From the NCBI RefSeq assembly GCF_004010195.1, contig NC_057732.1, positions 8,258,208 to 8,322,207 of the forward strand: DNA of 64,000 bases, written 5' to 3'. The stretch comes from Chiloscyllium plagiosum. Its lineage: Eukaryota. The notes under the pieces were generated by a model, which was not told where the DNA came from, made no database searches, and saw nothing but the letters and a program-made list of their open reading frames with translations. Within the stretch, counting starts at the first letter, position 1. Each line of letters opens with the position of its first letter. The position numbers and the translations under genes were made by a program. Below, one piece after another: positions 57,701 to 64,000 of the stretch.

Positions 57701-60208
57701 TGGTTAAGCAGAATCTGGACTGTTCACGGGTTAACATTACAGCAGGTTGGGGAGCACAGGCACTGAGACAAGCAAATGAGTAACCGTTAGCCTTCCCACT
57801 CATTTATGTTGGTATGTTGCAGGTTTGTAAGTCTACATGCCCCGTGAACAATGAACATTTGATCATCTACCTACAAAAAACACTTGCCTTCTTGCTGTGC
57901 CTGTCTGATGGAAGCCAGGAGCATCGCTGTTGCTTCTGATAGAGTTAATGGGTTGGTGTTTTGGCTTCTGGTTTCTGACAACAGACAATAGAATGATTAT
58001 CTCTGTACAATGGATTACAGGGTTGAAAATAACATGTATCACAGCTATACAAGTATAGGGGCGCAGCAAGGATAGAGTCAGAGTCATAGGGATGTACAGC
58101 ATAGAAACAGACCCTTCGGTCCAACCAGGCCGACCAGGTATCCCAACCCAATCTAGTCCCACCTGCCAGCACCCGGCCCATATCCCTCCAAACCCTTCCT
58201 ATTCATATACCCATTCAAATGCCTCTTAAATGTACCAATTGTACCAGCCTCCACCACATCCTCTGGCAGCCCATTCCATACCCGTACCACCTTCTGCATG
58301 AAAAAGTTGCCCCTTAAGTATCTTTTATGTCTTTCCCCTCTCACCCTAAACCAGGATGTTAAGACATTTCTCACCGAATATGCATCTAATTCTATCTCTT
58401 ACCAATATCTATGTTTTCCAAGAGGTCACCACCATCGTCACCGTTATCCGCGATGAACCGACGTCCCTCTGTAATGAGAATTGTGAAGGGACATTTGAAG
58501 TGCTATTTTCTCAAACATGTTTCTCTGTTCTCATGTCTCACAATCCTACCCGGTGCGACTTTGTTTAAACCGGCAGCCTTTCATTTTGTGACTTGTGAAA
58601 TTTTCTGCTAACCACGAGTTTTAGGAGCAACTTACTGCAGATGTCGGAACCTGTACTATAAAAAAAAAACAAAAAAATACTGGAAATCACAAGAGGTCAG
58701 GCAGCATCCGTGGGGAGAGAGCAGATGACACTTCATCCGGACTTTAGGAATATTGACTGGCTCACCGGAAATGGGAAATCTTTAATTCCCATTATCAAAC
58801 GCACTCGTAGTCAGGCAAGACCAGCGTAAATGAATTTAAAATTGTGCCTTTCGATTTCCCGGCCTTTCCAAACCCACCTCCCAGTTGACTCGTTACTTCT
58901 CAACCTCGGTGAGTTGAGGGGTCATTCCCTTTGTCCTCCACAGAGTTTAAAACTAAACAGACCTGAGATGGTTTATTATCGGAAGGATTTATCGCATATG
59001 AACGCGAGGAAGGATACAAGTCAATATTACAGAAAGCTCTATCAGTGCAATTTCAGGCCATCAGCTATTATGGGAACAACGGTAGTTAGTTTTAGTGTTT
59101 TTTAAACAATGAAATCTATTAGGTTTAACCCACTATGATAATGCACAGTTATGCAATAGTTATACCAAAACATGATATTCGTAATTGATATGATAAATTT
59201 TTAAGAACTAATGCGACAGAACACTGCAGTCTCCGGGCAGTCATAAAAATATTACTATTCCAACCCTTACTAGCCTATCACAAACAGAAAACAGAAAGTG
59301 CTGGAGAAACGCAGTGGATCTGCCAGCATCAGTAGAGAGAGAGAAACCAGTTAACGCCTCGAGTTCAGTAGACCCCTAGACAGAAAGACCCGCGGATAAC
59401 AGAAATCAGGAACTGCTGGAAAAACTCAGCAGGTCAGGCAGCATCTGTCGAAGCTAACCAGCTTATTTCTGCGTTCAGAAACGAGGACTAGGCAAAATGC
59501 CAATGTTTGAACCCCTGTTAAAGCAAGTATTTAAGAAATAAATACTGTACAAATCGTGGATCCAACTTGGAGCAGCGCTGTGAGGAGGTCAGCGCTGTGA
59601 GGAGGTCAGCGCTGTGAGGAGGTCAGTTCAATTCAGGGTTCACTTACGTGCTCCTTTCAAATACAGCATTGCCTGCGGTGTCCAGTTACGTCTCTGAAAG
59701 CGATCCTACACAAACAAGAAGCATCAACTGGTCAGTGTTTGTTTGCAAAGAGTCTGGAGAAGGGAGTGTGAACGCGTTAAACGAGCTGAGAGTTCAGAGA
59801 CCCGGTGAATGGGGGGTGTACCTGCGGGGCGCCCCTGGCTTGCACCAGGAATGAAGTGAGAAGCAGCATCAGGAGAGTGTGAACGGTGACAACTCCCAGA
59901 CCCTGCACAAGAAAGAGAGGGAACAGCTCAGTGATTATCCCGGGCAACCTCCTGCAGTGCTGTTCTGTCAAAAAGTCATTTCTCAAAGCAACCAAAAAGG
60001 AAGAAACATTCCTTTTCACTTTCTCTGTCTGGGGGGGAAAAAAAAACTTTTACAATTAAGTCTGAGCCCAGAGTCTGAAGAACGTCATTGATCTCTCCAA
60101 AGGAGCAGACCCCCTTCAGAATCGGCCCGGGCTGGAGATTGATATTCCCAAACCGTTTAAATCAGTCTGTAATCCAATACAGTGAATCTCTCTCTCTCTC
60201 ACCTTCAT
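54675..60208 (-). CDS. SPX: Spexin (neuropeptide Q) precursor, complete 6-exon gene, 122 aa
   Basis: complement join(60203..60208,59822..59902,59648..59705,58403..58468,57888..57974,54675..54745) = 369 nt: MKGLGVVTVHTLLMLLLTSFLVQARGAPQDRFQRRNWTPQAMLYLKGAQGRRFIADNGDDGGDLLENIDIETRSQNTNPLTLSEATAMLLASIRQAQQEGENEEREQQHFWQENPNWRKLLF*. Signal peptide, then RR-NWTPQAMLYLKGAQ-GRR. Confidence 0.94.
55615..55723. mobile_element. Penelope-derived mini-insert with inverted terminal segment and 15-bp TSD
   Basis: TSD ctacttcctctatta (55600-55614, 55724-55738); 55701-55723 is the family terminus in reverse orientation. Confidence 0.8.
55918..56150 (+). mobile_element. Two copies of a short tRNA-derived SINE family
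   Basis: tggtgcagtggtaatg...ggttcaagtcccacctgct...aataatatctctgaacaggttgattag; relatives at about 517-617 (+) and 53705-53810 (-). Confidence 0.65.
57087..57393 (-). mobile_element. HE1/V-SINE-like SINE in SPX intron 5
   Basis: Reverse complement of the SINE core and head. Confidence 0.87.
57888..57974 (-). CDS. SPX: SPX exon 5 (ends at a GC donor)
   Basis: ttgtcag|(E)TRSQNTNPLTLSEATAMLLASIRQAQQE|GCAAGT; 87 nt; resembles human LTIPEAATILLASLQK. Confidence 0.9.
58073..58352 (-). mobile_element. CR1 LINE 3' fragment in SPX intron 4
   Basis: LRGNFFMQKVVRVWNGLPEDVVEAGTIGTFKRHL. Confidence 0.88.
58403..58468 (-). CDS. SPX: SPX exon 4 (amidation and cleavage signal)
   Basis: ttacag|(Q)GRRFIADNGDDGGDLLENIDI|GTAAGA; 66 nt. 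Confidence 0.94.
59573..59626. repeat. 17-bp tandem repeat x3
   Basis: cagcgctgtgaggaggt x3, perfect copies. Confidence 0.92.
59648..59705 (-). CDS. SPX: SPX exon 3 (mature spexin)
   Basis: tttgtgtag|DRFQRRNWTPQAMLYLKGA|GTAAGT; 58 nt. Confidence 0.97.
59822..59902 (-). CDS. SPX: SPX exon 2 (signal peptide)
   Basis: ctctttcttgtgcag|GLGVVTVHTLLMLLLTSFLVQARGAPQ|GTACAC; 81 nt; ends APQ as in human. Confidence 0.92.
60203..60208 (-). CDS. SPX: SPX exon 1 coding part (Met-Lys)
   Basis: Minus strand GGAG ATG AAG|GTGAG; human SPX also begins MK. Confidence 0.82.
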
Positions 60209-60600
60209 CTCCTGTTCCTCAATGTCCACTTTGCAGGCAAAGTGTGTGTGTGTGTGTGTGTGTTATGCGCTAGTCTTTGCCTTTTTAAATGCTCTCTGAC
60301 AGGTCCCTCTGGCGGGACGTCTGGTCCCAAAGGGGCCACATGTCAGTCTCGGTGATTGGACGAGTTGTAGGCACCAGGAGGGCCCCGCGGAGTTCGCTGC
60401 AGGACAGCGGCGGGGGGGATGGAAGCCAGTAAACTCCTCAGAGTCAGACCCCGCCCTGCAATGCCAGGGCCCATGTCGGCTCAGCAATCCTCAAACTTCA
60501 AAGATATTTTCTGTATCGAACTGTTCAGAGAGGTATGCTGTCAGTGCCAGGTATCTCCAGCTGCAGCGGCAACAATATCGGAGCTGGAAGCCCGCTGGAA
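60209..60600 (-). promoter_or_regulatory. Probable SPX promoter / 5' UTR
   Basis: TATA-like ATTTAAAAAG (60290-60281, minus) about 75 nt upstream of the ATG, a (CA)11 repeat between them, and a CpG-rich region further upstream. Confidence 0.45.
60242..60263. repeat. (GT)11 microsatellite
   Basis: Direct reading. Confidence 0.95.
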
Positions 60601-60644
60601 AGAGAGAGAAACAAATTTTAAAAAAAACGTTATGGTGCTGAATC

Positions 60645-63220
60645 ATAAGACCATAAGAAATAACAATAGGAGTATGTTCCCCGAACCTGCTCCACCATTC
60701 ATGAGGATCATGGCTGATCCAACATTCCTCGGGCCAATTCCTTGTCCTTCCCCCAACACTTGATTCCCCACTGATCAAGAATCTATCTCAGCCTTCAATA
60801 TACACAAGGACTCCTCCCACACAGCTCTCTGTGGCAAGGAATTCTAAAGACTCACAAACCTCTGAAAGAAGAAATTCCTCCTCATCTCAGTCTTAAATTA
60901 ATGCCCCTTTTTTTCCAAGACTATGCCCTCTGGTTCTAGACAACCCCATGAGGGGAAACACCCTCTCAGCTTTTACCTTGCCAAGCCCCTTAAGAATCCT
61001 GAATGTTTCAATCAGATTGACTCTCATTCTGCTGTGAGTAGGATCCCAGCCTGTTTACCTTTACTCAGAGGACAATCCCTCCATACCAGGGATCATCTTA
61101 GTGCACCTTCTCAGAACTGCCTCCAATGAAATGATATAAGGAGAGCAAAACTGCTCACAGATGTGGTCTCACAAGCACCTTGTATATTGCAGTAAGACTT
61201 CCTACTATTACACTTCAATCTCCTTGGAAGAAGGGCCAACATTTCATGTGCTAGCTTTCAGTGTTTTGTGCATAAGTCCACCCAAGTCCCTTTGTTTTGC
61301 AACTTTCTGCAGTTTTTCTCCATTTAAGTAATATTCTGTTCTTTTGTTCTCATTTCCAAAATGAACAACTTTGCATTTTCCCACATTATACTTTGCCAAC
61401 ATTTTGCCCACTTAACCTATCCATTCTCTGTAAATGGTTTGCATCCCTCCTGCAACCTGCCTTTCCACCTATTTTTTGTGTTGTCTACAAATTTGGTGAC
61501 AGTACATTCACTTCCTTCATCCAAGTCATTAATATATATTGTAAACAGTTGTGATCCCAGAACTGAAACCTGTGGAACTCCTCTGGTCACAGGTTGCCAA
61601 ACTGAAAAAGAACTCCTTCCCATCCATTTTCCAATTTTCTAACCATTCCAATGTACTATCTCTAACACCAAGGGCTCTTATCATATGATTCAACCTTTTG
61701 TGAGGTATCTTGTCAAACACGTTCTTGAGGTCCAAATGCAACATATCAACTGGTTCCCCTCAGTAGTCTCTGGTTGAGTCTTCCTCGAAAAACTCTAATA
61801 AATTTGTCTGACACCATTTCCTTTTCATGAAACCATGTTAACTCTGATTAGTTATGATTTTTTAGATGTTCTACTTCCTTAATAATTGAATTCAATACTT
61901 TTCCACCAATAGATAATTATTGTCTTTTTGAACAGGGGTGTCACCTTGGCAGTTTTCCAATTCTCTAGTACAATCAATGCATCCCCTTATCTTTGTAGCT
62001 GGCTCTGTTAGGATCCTAGTATGCAAGCAATCAGGGTGAGGTGACTCATCTGCCTTTAGGCCAGTTAGTTTATCTAATACCACTTCTTTAGTGAGTACTT
62101 AATTCCTCCCTAATATTCTTCAGTATTAATGGAATGTTCAAAGTATTTTCTGCCATAAAGACTGATGCAACATATCTGTTCAATTCCTCTACCATTTCCT
62201 TATTACCCAAAAACATCTGGATGGGTACATGACTAGGAAAGGGTTAGAGGGATATGGGCCAAATGCTGGCAAATGAGACTAGATTAATCTAGGATATCTG
62301 GTCGGCATGGACAAATTGGACCTCAGATTTATTTTCCAAGGGGCCATTGTTCACTTTGACCTCTCTCTCTTCCTTTTTATATATCTAAAGAAGCTATTAT
62401 TGTCAGTTTTTATAATTCTTACTAATTTGCCCTCTTAGATAGTTTTGGCTGGATGTAAGTTTGCTCGCTGAGCTGGAAGGTTCATTTTCAGATGTTTCAT
62501 TCACCAGAGGCTCACTGATGATGTTATCTAGTATGGTGATGAAATGTCTGAAAATGAACCTTCCAGCTCAGCGAGCAAACTTACATCCAGAACCTCAACC
62601 TGAGCTACAAATCTTCTCAAAACTGACTAAATAGTTTTGTCTGTCTTTATAATTTTTTTAGGCCTCCTTTTGCTGGATTCTGAATTTATCTCAATCTTCT
62701 GGGCTAACATTGACTTTGGCCTCCATATATGCTTTTTCTTCAGGTTATACTCTTTGTAACTTCCTTGATTAGCCATGGTTATTTTTCCCTCTCTTAGAAT
62801 CTTTCCTCTTTACTGATATGTATCTTTGCTGACAGTCTCAAATTACTTCCTTAAATGCCTGCCACTACCTGCTTACTGTCATTCCTACTAATCTATCAGC
62901 CTTGCTCACTTTAGCTAACTCTATTCACGTTTCATTGTAATTTCCTTTATTTAAGTTAAATGTGATTGTTTCTGACCTAAATTTCTTACTGTCAAACTGA
63001 ATATTAAATTCTATCATGGTATGATCACAATTTCTGAAGGGATCTTTTACTCAGAGGTCATTTATTAAACCTACCTCATTACCCCTTACCAGATCCAAAT
63101 TACCTGCTCCTTGGTTGACTCCATACATATTGCTCTGGGAAACGATACCAAACTCTATGAATTTGTTGACGCTGCTACCCTTTCCAGTTTGATTTACCTC
63201 ATCATCATGAAGATTAAAGT
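60645..63220 (-). mobile_element. Old CR1 LINE with nested inserts
   Basis: FDKIPHKRL, GVPQ.SVLG..LFTIYINDLD, KFVDNTK, SPHPD.LH.RIL motifs; degenerate. Confidence 0.85.
62448..62630. mobile_element. Palindromic Penelope-like insert with hammerhead-like core and 9-bp TSD
   Basis: TSD atagttttg (62439-62447, 62631-62639); about 50-bp inverted arms; + strand tca-CTGATGA-t-gttatc-tagtat-ggtgat-GAAA-tGTC-tga at 62512-62551. Confidence 0.78.
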
Positions 63221-63221
63221 C

Positions 63222-63750
63222 TTAGAGTCTTAGAGTTGTACAGCATGAAAACAGACCCTTTGGTCCAACTCATCCATGCTGACCAGCTATTCTAAATTAA
63301 TCTAGTCCCATTTGTCTGCATTTGGCCCATATCCCTTTAAACCCTTCCCAGTCATGTACCCATCCAGATGTCTTTTAAATGTTGTATTGTACCAGTCTCC
63401 ACCACTTCCACTGGCCACTCATTCCATATACACACTACCCTCTGCATGAAACATTGCCCCTTAGGATCCTTTAAACCATTTCCCTCTCAGCTTAAACCTC
63501 TGCCCTCTAATTCTGGACACTCCTGACCTGGGGAAAAGACTTTGTCTAATTACCCAATCCATGCCCTTCATGATTTAACATGTACAAGGTTACCCCTCAG
63601 TCTCCATTGCTCCAGAGAAAATGGCCCCAGCCTAATTTTAGCCTCTCCCTGTAGCTCAGACCCTGCAACCCTGGCAACAGCCTTGTAAATCTTTCCTGAA
63701 CCCTTTCAAATTTCACAACATCATTCCTATACCAGAGAGACCAGAATTCG
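63222..63750 (-). mobile_element. CR1 LINE 3' fragment
   Basis: ERVQERFTRLLPGLQGLSYRERL. Confidence 0.85.
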
Positions 63751-64000
63751 CTCATAATTATTGCTCTAATCTTTTTATACATTGCTATTACATGCTATTC
63801 TTCTCATTTGTTACAATAATAATGCTTTAATGAACTGCCCTGACTCCACAGAACTCAAACTATGAAACTATTCAGTGGCAGCACTGAGAGAAAGTTAGCT
63901 TGATTGTAGTCTTGTGGACAATGGTGAATTTTATTGGACCTGTTTGCATACTGAGCTACTGAGCCTCATAACTGAAGAATTATCTCCAAACTTGCTGGGT

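Overview
This is eukaryotic (vertebrate) genomic DNA, very probably from a shark or other cartilaginous fish, inferred from HE1/V-SINE-type SINEs, CR1 LINEs and Penelope-like elements. I reconstructed two complete spliced genes by hand. (1) Liver glycogen synthase GYS2, + strand, 16 coding exons from 2933 to 48564, 2112 nt = 703 aa. (2) The neuropeptide precursor spexin (SPX), - strand, 6 small coding exons from 60208 down to 54675, 122 aa, mature peptide NWTPQAMLYLKGAQ followed by GRR. SPX is not recoverable as a gene from the ORF track and lies tail-to-tail with GYS2, as in human. Each gene needs one non-canonical GC-AG intron. The rest of the window is intron or intergenic DNA full of retroelements. 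The most interesting non-coding signal is a set of short, often palindromic, TSD-flanked inserts from at least three sequence families, with minimal hammerhead-ribozyme cores that are intact in some copies and decayed in others. One family is physically linked to Penelope-like element 3' ends. Also notable: a 431-bp fold-back that duplicates flanking DNA, a duplicated copy of the GYS2 exon-3 splice acceptor that would create a poison exon, and a four-level nested transposon stack. There are two assembly gaps (19738-20292, 33185-33193). No CRISPR array or prokaryotic system is present. Repeat boundaries are approximate and family names come from recognition, not database search.
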